In this document: positions 13,661 through 30,397 of the stretch, one piece after another
Position numbering within the stretch: position 1 is the first letter of the stretch
Layout of the letters: every line of letters starts with the position of its first letter
NCBI GenBank assembly: GCA_963693365.1
Contig: CAVNZM010000002.1
Location: 930,001-994,000 of the forward strand
Length of the DNA stretch: 64,000 nt
DNA from: Amoebidium appalachense
Taxonomy: Eukaryota; Protista; Ichthyosporea
Direction: 5' to 3'
Translations under genes and position numbers: made by a program
Notes under the pieces: generated by a model
What the model was told of the DNA's origin: nothing
The model's input: only the letters and a program-made list of their open reading frames with translations
The model's database searches: none

Positions 13661-13817
13661 TATAACAGGCACATATGCGCATGTGCGTTCACTGCCATAC
13701 TGTCACAAAAAAGCCCCTAGGCCTTTCCCGAAGTCCGGCCATGAGTGAATGAGGGCCGGTGGGGGTTGTGCGTGTGTGCATGTGCGTGTCACCGTGGTGT
13801 GCTTGTGTGTGTGTGTG

Positions 13818-13853
<36 letters not shown>

Positions 13854-14719
13854 GGTTCCGGAGAAGGGGAGAACACCAAAACTGTTACAAACCTGTTACA
13901 AGCAATGCAACATTTTGTCGAGGAACAAAGAGCCATAAGTGATTGGTGATGCATAGATTTTTGTACGTGCACATGAGAGTGGAAAAACATGAAGTGTGGA
14001 TGTGCACAAAACCCTCCCTCCCCTCCCCCTTCCGCCCCCCCCCCCCCCTCTCCCCCCCCCCCCCCCCCCCCCCTTTCCCCTTCAGCCTTGGTAGTTTAAT
14101 TGTCCTGGCCCAGGGGTACCGTATTGCAGCATGCTATAATAAGCACCAAAACATATTTGCTCTTAGGGGCGATATTAGTGCACTGTCATTGCTGTGTGGT
14201 AAACGGTAGTTTCCCTAGAGGGCCTGCAAAGGTCCTTCGGGAACAGAACGTGATCATTGAATAGTTAAGCGTTTACGGGTTTGATTAGGTCTTATTCGGA
14301 ATCCAAACCACCGTCTTTTGGGTGGGTCGATTTCGGTGACGGATATTATGTAGTAGTGCATGCATCCAGAAGAGAGGTTTGATTTTTCGCCTTCTGTTTT
14401 TAAGCAGTGCTGATCATAGTATTTATTTATTCAACGGTGTTAACTAAAGAATTGTTTCTGGGGGGGTTGGGGAGGGGGTGGCGAAAAGGGAGGTGTGTGG
14501 CCATGGATGAGAAGGGGGAAGGAGGAGGGGAAGCAGCAAGAGGAAGGGAGAGAGGGTGGGGAGAGGGAGTGAGGGAGGAAGGGTTGGGGGGGAAAGTCGT
14601 GGAGCAAAAGAGAGGGAGATGGGAGGAGAGAAAGAGAGAGAGGGAGAAAGAGAGATTGAGAGAGAGAAGAGAGAGCCTGCGACAGAGAGAGAGTGTGACA
14701 GAGACAGAGAGAGAGAGAT

Positions 14720-14732
14720 AAAAAGAGCGAGC

Positions 14733-14827
<95 letters not shown>

Positions 14828-14896
14828 AGAGGGAGAGAGAGAGAGAGAGAGAGAGAAGAAAGAGAGAGAGAGAGAGAGCCTCGGAGTGAGAGAGCC

Positions 14897-14930
<34 letters not shown>
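14720..14930. repeat. (GA)n microsatellite
   Basis: Directly visible. Confidence 0.9.
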
Positions 14931-14931
<1 letters not shown>

Positions 14932-15753
14932 CTCGGAGAGGGGGGGGGGGGGGGGGGGGGGAAGAGAAGGAGAGAGAGATATATATATGTCGGTGTGCGT
15001 GTCTGAAAGGAATTCGAAGGAAGAAAAATAGCAAGAGAGAGAGCGGGGGGCAGGGGGGGTGAGGATAACGGAGAGCCTCGGGGAGATACCCAAACCGCGA
15101 GGGAAGGGGCAACTAGTCGGTTGAGATGCACTGTGATTCCACACAACAATTGCAAACATCCCAAGTCAGCTGACTGTGGCTCAGTGGCTGCATGGTACTA
15201 AGCGGGCTACAGCATATATCTGGCCGTGACAATCAGCCAATGGCACACAAGATAGCCAGAACTTGCATAGCTGCTCACTTGCTCAGCCAAATCATGAGTG
15301 GAGTATAGTGTTAGGGCACATCCATGAGATGTGTGCATTCGGCCTTGGCAACTTCTAGCGGTTGCCCTCCAGCCGAATGGAGATAAATGGCAAAATGGCA
15401 CAAAACATACAACGGGGGAAGGGGGAAAGGGGGAAGGGGGAGAAGGGAGGGAGGGGGGAGGCTTAATTGCAATTTGAAATTTTAGTTAACAAGTGGTTGA
15501 ACCATCCGGGCTGCAGTCGAAGTTTTGCGCTGAAAAGATAAATTGCGGTGTTTCTTTTTTGATTTTGTTACAAACCCGATCGATGGTCTTTCCGAATCTG
15601 TTTTCGTGTGGTGTGTGTATGGATGCAAGGACAAGGAATAGGGCTTGTTGTGTTTGTAGTCACCCTGAACCCTGAATGCATGCTGCTCAGCTATAGGAGG
15701 CATTGGTGGTGGTGGTGGTGGGGGGGTGGGCGAACCGGGAGGAGCGAGGGCTG

Positions 15754-15789
<36 letters not shown>

Positions 15790-16636
15790 CTCTGGATTTG
15801 TTCACGTTGAGGAGTGGTCGAAAACAATCGGTGATGTATCAAACCGGGTGCGGAGGGCTCGTGGCATAGCACCTAGCCTAGATGATTAACTTATTAGTTA
15901 GCCTCAAAACCCTCGATACCTTCAGCTTTGAAACACCTTTTTCCAATCTAGAGCCTAGATGAGTCCAGCAAAGTCTCTTGCCCCATTGCGAGTAATCCGG
16001 CCTAGTGCAATTCTCATGTGTGAGCGCGACCGAGGAGAAACGGAGGGCGGGGGGGGGGGGGGGGGGGGCACGGGTGGTAATATAAGTTTTTATGAAACAA
16101 TAAAGAAAGTAGGGATGGGGGGGGGGGGGGGGGGGGGAGGCACGGGTGGTAATATGTTTTATAAAACAATAAAAAAGTAGGAATAAAAAAACGTTTTTAT
16201 AAAACAATACAAAAAAGTAGGAATATGCACAATAGATTTAAAGGAATTGGAAAGTTTGGTCTGGTCCGGCTAGATATTAGCCGTTAGCATCACACGTACA
16301 CCACTCACCAGGCTCTTCTTTCACCTGTGCATTCGCCATGATTCATGTACTTAATTAATCCCATTGGGTCTTTGATCGTCCAGCGACCAATCAAAAAAGT
16401 CCTTACTAGTCACGTGCCTCATCCCACGGCGGACACCACTCTGGGTGCACCATCGTGCGTGCCGAATTCATAGTGACAAATCGGGCAACTTATAATTACG
16501 TGCACTTTATTGGCTCACATTACGTAAACTTGTTATGTTAGAACTCTTAAAGTCAGATACATGCTATCACCAAACACATCCACCGACACATTTATTGCAA
16601 CAGGCTGTCATTCAGTACACTAGTATGTGTGCAAAG

Positions 16637-16670
<34 letters not shown>

Positions 16671-17094
16671 AGAAGAAAAAATAGCCGCGAATCAAAGATG
16701 AAAGGAAAGAGCAGAAGATTACGCTGGTTCACAGGCACAGCCTATGTTATGCTATGTGCACATTCGTGAAAACTCAAAGCTGTATGTGCATTTTTTTGCA
16801 TAATCACCATCCGAGTTGTGTTTGAGGAGAATACAGTTCGAAACGAATCAATGCCAGTTTTGCCAACAACACGTGAGTCACTACTATGCTATCGGGGCAT
16901 CAAAAGAAGATCTTAACCAACGGGCATGCAAAGGACACGTAAAAGTACGGCCACGTTCCCCTAAATTTAAAAAATCTATATCATGACTCCTGCTTATATT
17001 CGGAATCCGACACGTAGACAATCTATACGATAGACAACCAATACGATCTTTGAAGTGTTTGATTGGCAAAATGATGGAATCCACGGCCATAACA

Positions 17095-19791
<2,697 letters not shown>

Positions 19792-20813
19792 CCTCTACAC
19801 TTCGCTAGCAATAAGCTACCAACATGCTCATGAAATAAAGTATGCAGTGAGAGGTGTTCTAGTGTGGGGAGAGAGAGAAACGAGAAAACAACAAATGTGT
19901 CCCTCGTGAGTCGTGCTACCCAGAAAAAAAATGCGCGGGTGTGTACGGCGAAGAATGATGGAACGGTCAATTCTAGAAGCGCGTTTTTGCGGGTTGCGCG
20001 CAAGATGATTGGTGGCTTTCGTGAATCGGTGACAACAATACATGATATGTAGTCAATAGCTCGAAATGCTTTTTCTTCGCTTTTTCTACACTAGGCCAGT
20101 CTCACCATTGAGCAACTTGATGCAAAAAAATACTGGTCAGGCTGACCTTACAGCAGCAGACGTGAATTTTCAATTAGAGAAAAACAAAAAATTGCATTCA
20201 GAAGCCTAATCACCACAAGTGGCCTCCTGTCTTGTTTTGCAGTTTTCGCTTGCCCCAGAGTCAGCCACAGAGTGGTCCGATATCAATTATATAGTAATAG
20301 ACCCAATCAGATGTGGCTGGAATTCGCCTGCAGCCGCTGCTCAGTACGACAGAACTGTAGCAGGCCCCGTAAAAGCGCATACAGTGTAAATAGCATATAT
20401 ACTGCATGCTATTATTCTATAGTTTCTTTTATTTTGATTTGCGTTCGCTATTTGTGTAACAGACGGTCCAGGCCTCCAAGTCAGGCTCTCAGTTAGGTGC
20501 ACGTGCACCCACGTGCCGTTGCATACTTTTGATCGTCAGCTGAGAGAACCGACGGCTTCAGACCAAGGCCTCCTAAATACCACACCTATTTAGGAGGCCT
20601 TGCTTCAGGCAGGGATGTGTCGGTCGCTGGCCGGGTGGGTCTCGGGCGGGTTTACACAAAGGCCGGGTGGATCTCGGGCCGGGTCGTCTTTTTTCGGTCC
20701 GGACCAGGTTGGTTCTCGGGTCTTGGACCCTTGTGATCGGGTTGACCCGCGGGTTACCAAATGCGAAAACCTCGGGTGTTCGCCCGGACTGGCCATATAC
20801 GTGTGTAGTATTC

Positions 20814-20856
<43 letters not shown>

Positions 20857-21441
20857 ACGTGTGTGTGTGTGTGATATGCTTGCGTGCGTGCGTGCTGTGT
20901 GTGCACATGTGCTCGCCGTGTGTGTGTGGCTTTTCCACGCATGGTGTCTACATGTGAACAGACAGTGCTCGTGTGCTTGCGGCTTACTAGTTTGATTATA
21001 TAGAGCTTGGTTGTGGTGAATAAAGCAAACACAACGTAACGTGCACAGCAGTTACGATTGTCTCTCTCTTTTTTCTTTTTCTTTTTCTTTTTCTTTTTAT
21101 ATTAAGCGCTAGCCTAGCCTCAGTACTCTACTACTGTAGCTAACTATGCCTCGGCAATGTTTATACTACGTTATGGACATGAATAAAATACTGTATTGTT
21201 ATTGGTTCACTGTGCAATCCCTGAAAACCAATTATCAATCCAAATTTACTACTTATTATGGTTAATATATCATGCTTTACCCTGACCCGGCGGGAACTGA
21301 CCGGGTCAGAGCCATCGGTCGGGCTGGGTACGGGTCTGACCCGCCGGGTCATAAAGCCGACCGGGTTTGAGCAAAAATGCCCCGGGTCGGGGTTGGGTAA
21401 CGCCGACCCGGCCGGGTTGGTTCTCGGGTCGACCCAATCAA

Positions 21442-22447
21442 GAGTCATATACCGAGGTCAGCTGCCGAAATCAGAGTTCACAGGCCTCGTCGGGTGGGTT
21501 CATGACCGACGCACCGAAGGTGCGGAGGTCATGAACCCACCCGACGAGGCCTGTGAACTCGGATGGAGGCAAGCTGACCGAGGTAAATATGACTCGGTTT
21601 GTACGCGAGAACTCGCTTAGTCTACTGTATTTATTTGCATAATCCAGAACCAGTCTGGTTTACATAGTCACTAAAAATATTATTTGTGAAGTATTGTATA
21701 TTTAGTTTTTCTTATTATCCTGCTGGGTTTCAAAAGGCTGATTTACATAAATATTGATGTTTCCATGTACGGTGACCGTGGCACCCCGGAAAAAATCCTG
21801 CAGTGCTGCATTCATTGATGTTTGATTGGTAGTTCTTTTCTCGATTTGATTGGTTGTCTGTGGAATGCAAACATTCGTGTGATTGGTCACCGGGGCAAGT
21901 ACACGTGTACCTCCTGCACTGTCAACTGTGATGGTTCGATTTGTTGCTCCTGTATTTTGTCAACGCCCTGCTTTTGGTCGGCAGATTTAAGAATTTTGTT
22001 GGTAACGTCTTCGGAGAGGACGATTGGGGCGGCGCGCTTCTGAGCCATTGTGGTGTTGTGGTGTGAGAAAGGAATTTGAGTGCTCGTAATTCTTATGATG
22101 CAGACTGAATGCCATTTTGCCCCTTTATATGCTACCTTCCGAAACACGCCGTGGTGATTTGCGGATCAGTTTTTAACATGTTCTCGATTGTGATTGGACA
22201 ATCTCAACGCAGTCGAGCGGGTATATAAAGCGCAAACACAGTCAGTTTGTCTGTTTGGACACATCGCCAATTGTAGTGCGATGGGTTTTTAGAAAACTTG
22301 TCGAGGTCGCATGGAAACCGGGAGGATGGGGGGAAACCAGCTGGTTTCTACCCACCCTCCCTGGTTTCCATGCGACCTCATCTGAATAAACTGAAGTTCA
22401 TTTAGCAACCTCCCAATACATGAACCCCACGACCAAGCGTACAAACC
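21442..22447 (-). mobile_element. 1,006-bp hairpin-ended element, possibly non-autonomous tyrosine-recombinase (Crypton/DIRS-like) type
   Basis: 34-bp perfect palindrome arms at 21474-21507 and 21527-21560; second palindrome at 22303-22379; the joined ends are the exact reverse complement of internal 21587-21606; no TIR or TSD of its own. Confidence 0.6.
21702..22048 (-). CDS. Hypothetical 97-aa protein inside the hairpin-ended element
   Basis: ATG at 22048 (context ACAATGG), exon 22048-21911, 53-nt GT-AG intron 21910-21858, exon 21857-21702, in frame: MAQKRAAPIVLSEDVTNKILKS...FFRGATVTVHGNINIYVNQ...; CCAAT-like motif at ~22192. Confidence 0.5.
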
Positions 22448-22973
22448 CGACACATCCCTGTTTAGGAGGCCTTGCTTCAGGTGTGGTATTTAGGAGGCCT
22501 TGCTTCAGACACTCGCATACAGGATATTTTCATACATTCTCCTGATTGGATCACATCGCCCAATCAGTAATTTGGCATTATATATTATAAGATACTGGCA
22601 GGCGAATGCGGGGCTAGCCCGTCTGCTAGATGGGGCCGGTGGCTCATGCCCCTCGCGCAGGTAATCCAAAACTGTCATGAGAAAACGAATGTTGAAGAGT
22701 GTGTGTGTTTGTGATCCACGTCCTGTGTGTGTGCATGTGCTCATGTGTGTACACGTGTGTGCGTGTGTGTGTTCCTATGTGTATCACAGTGTGCACATGT
22801 ACATGTGTGTGTGTGTGTGTGTGTGTGACGTGTGTGTGTGTGTGTTTGTGTGTGTGTATGTGTCACGGTTCCTGTCGCGAGAAACTAGGAGGTACGTGTG
22901 CGGGGAAAGTCTTTGGGCGTTTGGGACAGGAAGAGAGGGGTGGGGTGGGGGGAGGGGGGAGTAGGGGGGGGGG

Positions 22974-23010
<37 letters not shown>

Positions 23011-23022
23011 TTAGTACACACC

Positions 23023-23108
23023 TGTGCACCCAGGGCGACAGTAAACAGGAGCAGAACGACCTGCCATGTCCTCATTCCACCACCAGAACCAACCTTGCGG
23101 GAACCCAT
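23023..23108 (-). other. Orphan signal-peptide-like exon
   Basis: (MGSRKVGSGGG)MRTWQVVLLLFTVALGAQ followed by a CAG|GTGTGT donor and a poly-C tract, as in the host genes; no convincing downstream exons. Confidence 0.3.
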
Positions 23109-23932
23109 ATTGTGTGGGCAAATGACTCAACAACGCCGTTATAATTACGTGGCTACGCGAAGTACTTTTGAAAAGAAGTGTGCTTGGTTTGTTTCAGTAC
23201 GTTTACTGAGTGCCCCCGTTACGTTTTACTGGGTGGTAACGTGCCATCGCTGCCCAAAACGCATTGCCGCGCTCGCTGCAAACAGCGCAACGATCTAGAC
23301 AATTGGTACCGAGATGGGCGCAAATTGTCCAATCGCATTTAGAGACCCCCAAGGTAGTCAAACTTCGTACCCCAAAAGTTCAAATTACAGTATTTGACAC
23401 CGGTATCCGTTCTCCGTTCCTTATCGGGGCTATAAACACCCACTTATTTGCTCTTCAAAATCCGTATCAGCGATTGGGCAAAAGCGTTTTTATCGTTTAC
23501 CCTCCTCCCATTAGCCAATCAAATCGCATATATTCGCAGCTACCCCGGCCTCCCCTCACCTCCCCCGGGGAGTCCCCCCCTCCACGTCCGGATCTTTCGA
23601 ACCCTACTTCTATTTGATCTCGTGGAGTAGAAAGGAGCCTACCGGCCCCAATAATAACTATATTACGTTGTTTTTATATTATTTCACAACTATATTACAT
23701 TGATTTTTAACCGCTATGTGATGTCACAGATCACATACCTCCAGGCTCCATGGTACTTTTTTGCCATCCTCTGTTCTGAGTGACCAATCATGGCCGCTGT
23801 ATGCGGATATCCTGTATGAAGTATCCGAAAATTCTGAGAGAATGATTGGCTCAGTAGCACACATTTGGATTGGTTCGCAGATTCCCCCTAAACTTTGGTC
23901 ACTCTTTCGTGACATCATGTAACCTTTTTGTG

Positions 23933-26081
<2,149 letters not shown>

Positions 26082-26291
26082 TTTTTGTGGCCTCTGCAGC
26101 TGAGCCTGTCAGCACTGTGACTGTTAATATAATGACGGGTAACTGCCGGGAGCTCGAGGCTGGGGTAGCTCTTATTTTTCACTACAAAAGGCGAGGGTTC
26201 AAGGCAACATGAGGTGTTGTGGTGTGGGCGTGACTATCGGTCCAAGATCGAGTCCGGTTGAACAATGAACCCTCCTTCTCCTTCTCTCTCT

Positions 26292-26329
<38 letters not shown>

Positions 26330-26667
26330 TCTCTCCCTCCCTCCCTCCCTACCTCTCTCTCTCTCTCTGTCTGTCTGTCTGTCTGTCTGTCTCTGTCTGT
26401 GTCTGTTTCTGTCTCTGTCTCTTCATCGGGGCTCACTGAGACTCATACTTTTCCTCCGAGGCGAATGAACCCGGTCAACTCATACCCTTGAAAAGTAGAG
26501 TAGAATGATACGGCGGCTAGTTAGGCCACAGTCGCACGTGGCAGACACTGTGTTGACAACACCTGAAGGCTTGCCTGGCTCGGCACCTGACCACAAATTT
26601 ACATCCAGTGGCACGGTCACCACCAGCTGCTCCAGCCGCACAGTGCTAAATATGCAAAGTGTAACCC

Positions 26668-26699
<32 letters not shown>

Positions 26700-26714
26700 T
26701 GCGCGCGCACGTGC

Positions 26715-26761
<47 letters not shown>

Positions 26762-27030
26762 TGTGTGCGTGCATGTGCGTGCACGTGCGTGTGTCTATGC
26801 GCATGTATATATGTGCCTGCCTCTGTGTGTGTGCATGTGTGCGTGTGTGTGTGTGTACATGTGTGTTTCTGTGTGTGTGTACATTTGTGTGTTTCTGTGT
26901 GTGTGTGTGTGTGCGTGCGTGCGTGATGTGTGTGTGTGTGTGTGTGTGTGCGTGTATGTATTTACATGTGCGCCTGTATGAGCATGTGTGCATCCATGTG
27001 TGTGCTTGTGTTTTTGACGCGCGCGCGCGC

Positions 27031-27126
<96 letters not shown>

Positions 27127-27145
27127 ATGTGTGTGTACGCGCGCA
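26668..27145. repeat. (TG)n compound microsatellite containing a (CG)n run
   Basis: Directly visible; alternating purine-pyrimidine sequence with CG repeats at ~27017-27045. Confidence 0.9.
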
Positions 27146-28149
27146 CGCGGATGTGCAGTGAATGTTTCAGGCGTTGTTCTCATTGTGTGCATGTGTGAGT
27201 TGAAGTGTGTGTGTGTGCTTTTATGTCTGTATGTGCTTCTCAAGTGCCACGCTGTGCACGTGTGTGCTATTCTGTGTGTTATAATTACATGCAGCTTGCA
27301 CCGTATGTGTATGTGTGTGTGTATGTGCCTCTCGACGAGTGGGTTCCCGTGTGCGCGCACGTGAACTGTGTGTGTGTGTGTGTGCATGTGCGCTATGGAT
27401 GTGTGTTGGTGTTGTTATTGTTGCCTCGGGGTAGGCCTGGGTGTGGATCTGCGTGTGCTTGTTGTAAACCGTTGTAGTTGTGTGTTCTGTATGCCATGTG
27501 TATGTCACAATGTGTGCGTGCATGTGTGGGTACACAGGAGCATGTGTGCGACTGCGTTGTGTGTGTCCGTGTGAGTGTGTGTGCCACAAGCAGCGTGTTT
27601 AAATTCGAGAACTATTATATGCCTTCATCATGCACGTATGTTATGTGTGTTCCCGCAGTTACAGCGCGCGAGCGAGTGTACGACTATATTTTCTCCTGGC
27701 TATTAATTCAGTGTGTACACGTCAGCGGCTTTCTTGTGTAATTTTAACAGTGTGTGTTTTTGATACGTACTGCGTATGTGGGTGTCACCTGCGCTGCGTG
27801 TGAATGTGTGCAGATGCCACGGCCCGGGCCCCGCGTGAGACTCTGGGGTGGCATATATGTGCAAGTGCACCCATACACACGCAGGGATGGGTATTTATGT
27901 GTTCCTGGGTGTGTCTCTGTTTCTGCCAGTGTGTTCTTGTTAATGCCGATCGGAACATAGTCTAGTGGTGATTTAATTAGTTTTCAGAATAGAATTAACC
28001 ACGCCGAGGGGTGGGGGTGGGTGGGGGGAGGGGGGGGGGGAAGGTCCGAAGATGTTCGATGACCGTGTCAAAATAAGGGCGCCAAATCTGTGGGGCTTGC
28101 GTCACGGCCCTCTGAAAAAATCCGTGCTTGCGTACTATGCGAGTGCGGT

Positions 28150-28760
28150 TCAAGCGGTTGCTATATGGCTAATCAATGATCTGATCGACGACCAATCAAC
28201 CGTTACGTCATTGATCGAGTGGCTCACCAGATTACGTTATATGTGAATTTGCTCCAATCGCTCAAACCACGAAACAACTCCCGTGTGTCCGCTTTCGCTT
28301 GGTCCCCCACGCGCAGACTTGGGTACTTTTCACTAGTTAACCCCTCCTGAAAATAGGCAGAAGTGGTTGTCCCGTTAGGATAAAGGTTTACACAGATCCG
28401 CTTTGTTCGCTCCGAGTATTACCTATGCTTCCCTAATACACTATGCTAGCCAATACATAGACATACCCTTAGAATCATAGGCGAACAAAACGGCTCTGTG
28501 TAAACGTTTGAATTAGTGAAAAAAACGTTTGTGCCAATTTCCAAGGGGGGTGTATTAGTGAAGAGTACCGAAGTCTGCGCGTGAAGGATCATGCCGGCGG
28601 CTCATAAAACGGTCATACTCAGGGTGATTTCGTGTCTTGCCCGATTGGGTCATGTGCTGATGATTACGTAATCCGTGAGCCACAAAAATTGATTCAGTCA
28701 AATTCTAGATTGCGATTGGCCGTAGATCAGGAACTTTTGTTACGTATAGCGATGCCGCTC
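28150..28760. mobile_element. Degenerate ~600-bp foldback (long inverted repeat) element
   Basis: Nested inverted matches: CTGATCGACGACCAATC/GATTGGCCGTAGATCAG, GTGGCTCAC/GTGAGCCAC, CACGCGCAGACTT..GTAC/GTAC..AAGTCTGCGCGTG, GTTTACACAGA..TTGTTCGC/GCGAACAA..TCTGTGTAAAC; centre near 28440. Confidence 0.7.
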
Positions 28761-29680
28761 AAATAACTCCAGAGCCACGGCCATCTAGGTGTTTCTAGCG
28801 TGGCCGTGCTCCAAAGCCCACCGATCTGGCCGCACCCATCTGCGCTATGTTACATCCAGATCTACTGTAGCAAAGACGTCCCCCACTGTACCCCCCCCCC
28901 CCCCGGGCCCGAAACTTGACTTCTAGCCAAAGGAACATCATAAATAATGTAACCCCCCACCATCCCTCCCCTCCCGGCCCCCTCCCACCCCACTCCAAAG
29001 GGGGCCCTACGCCATCAATATTGACCGCGCACTGTGACATCACCATGATCGTGCAGTACTGGTGATCAAAAACTGGCTGCCCGACATGTGTACACCACGT
29101 CAAGGCTTGAAGGCACCCCGGAGTTTTGCAGACACAGACATACATTCATCATCTCATCATGCCAAGGCTAGCGCTGCCAAGTTGCATGCATGTGCAAACA
29201 GTACATGTATTCGTGTGCTGAGCAGCTGAGCTCACCCTATCGGATCCAGGGGCAAATTACGCCAGAATAATGAACAATAATGAACGCCTACTACGAGCTG
29301 CAAAAAAATAACTCTGCAAGAATAGGGTATTCCAGAAGAAGCGGAATTATTCTGCTGGTCATTCGGCAAAGGCAGAATAATTTGGCAAAAGGAGAATTGC
29401 AGACGTAGCTCAAACATGATGTATAAAGGCGAACTTGTTCAGCCAAGAACGGAATACTCAGCTGTAGCTGAAACTTGCCCTAAGCAGAGGTATTTTGCTT
29501 CATTTATATATATAGAAGATTTTTTCTCTAGATGCATTCAGAAATACACAATCTGTGTTTAGAAGTCTCGAATTGAATACACTCCTCGTAGCAGAATCAC
29601 AGTACTCAGCAACTTCAGACCTGAATGCATATCCAAGGCTGCAGTGGCGGAAATGAAGGCTGCAGTGGCGGAATGAATCT

Positions 29681-29800
29681 GCATCAAATGGAGCTATTCT
29701 CTACTGAAACATTCTGTATTCAGCTTCTTGCAGGTTTCAAGCATCAAGTGGAGCTATTCTCTACTGAAACACTCTGCATTCAGCTGCTTGCAGGTTTCAA
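29681..29800. repeat. 60-bp tandem duplication (a ~22-bp duplication precedes it at ~29635-29675)
   Basis: GCATCAARTGGAGCTATTCTCTACTGAAACA...CAGGTTTCAA twice with few mismatches. Confidence 0.85.
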
Positions 29801-30397
29801 ATGTGGTGAGCATCTGGATTGATTCTGATGAAATGGCTTGGCCGGTCAGGCCCTTTCATGTTTGGTAGCGGGCCGTTGACATATGCAAGCATTGGGCGGC
29901 TGTGGGTGGTCCAAGCAAATGGAGCAATGATACATCGACACGACTCGAATGGTTAATTATTCCGGGGACACTGGGATCAACCGGGGAAAATATGTGTATA
30001 TTAATTAATTCGAATATTATGCAGGTCCAGCCAGCCTGCCTTATAGTTTGCCACGAACATAAATCACATGGCAGCGAAATTTGGGCGCCTGCACCCACAA
30101 ACTCACAAGTACTCAGATATAAACATCGGAAAACATGTATATACCATGCATCACACAAGTTGTACAACTCAATGGGCGCGAGTGAAAATTCAAGAACGGC
30201 TATCCGACAAAAATTGATAAGCTAAATGGTTAAGATCACCATTATTAAACTTTATGAAATTTGCCTTTAGGCCAAGGAAATGTGCTGAAAGTCACAAGGA
30301 AAGCCTTTGCCATGATTAGGCATGCTCTCAAAACACGTCACAGGGGACAACCTAAAATCATAAATCTTCACCCGCGCACCCTCCTTATTTCTCATCT

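Larger units (their letters stand above)
20610..22460. mobile_element. Inner hAT-like MITE (13-14-bp TIR CAGGGATGTGTCG[G], ACCCG/CGGGT subterminal repeats)
   Basis: TIRs at 20610-20623 and 22447-22460; dense GACCCG/CGGGTC motifs at 20630-20790 and 21280-21435; flanked by a 21-bp direct repeat. Confidence 0.75.
20564..22502. mobile_element. Outer hAT-like mini-element (24-bp TIR, 8-bp TSD) hosting nested insertions
   Basis: TIR CAAGGCCTCCTAAATACCACACCT at 20564-20587, inverted at 22479-22502; TSD CTTCAGAC at 20556-20563 and 22503-22510. Confidence 0.8.

Noticed and set aside
26480-26650. Exon-like unique segment between microsatellites
   Set aside because: No recognisable protein motif and no partner exons found.
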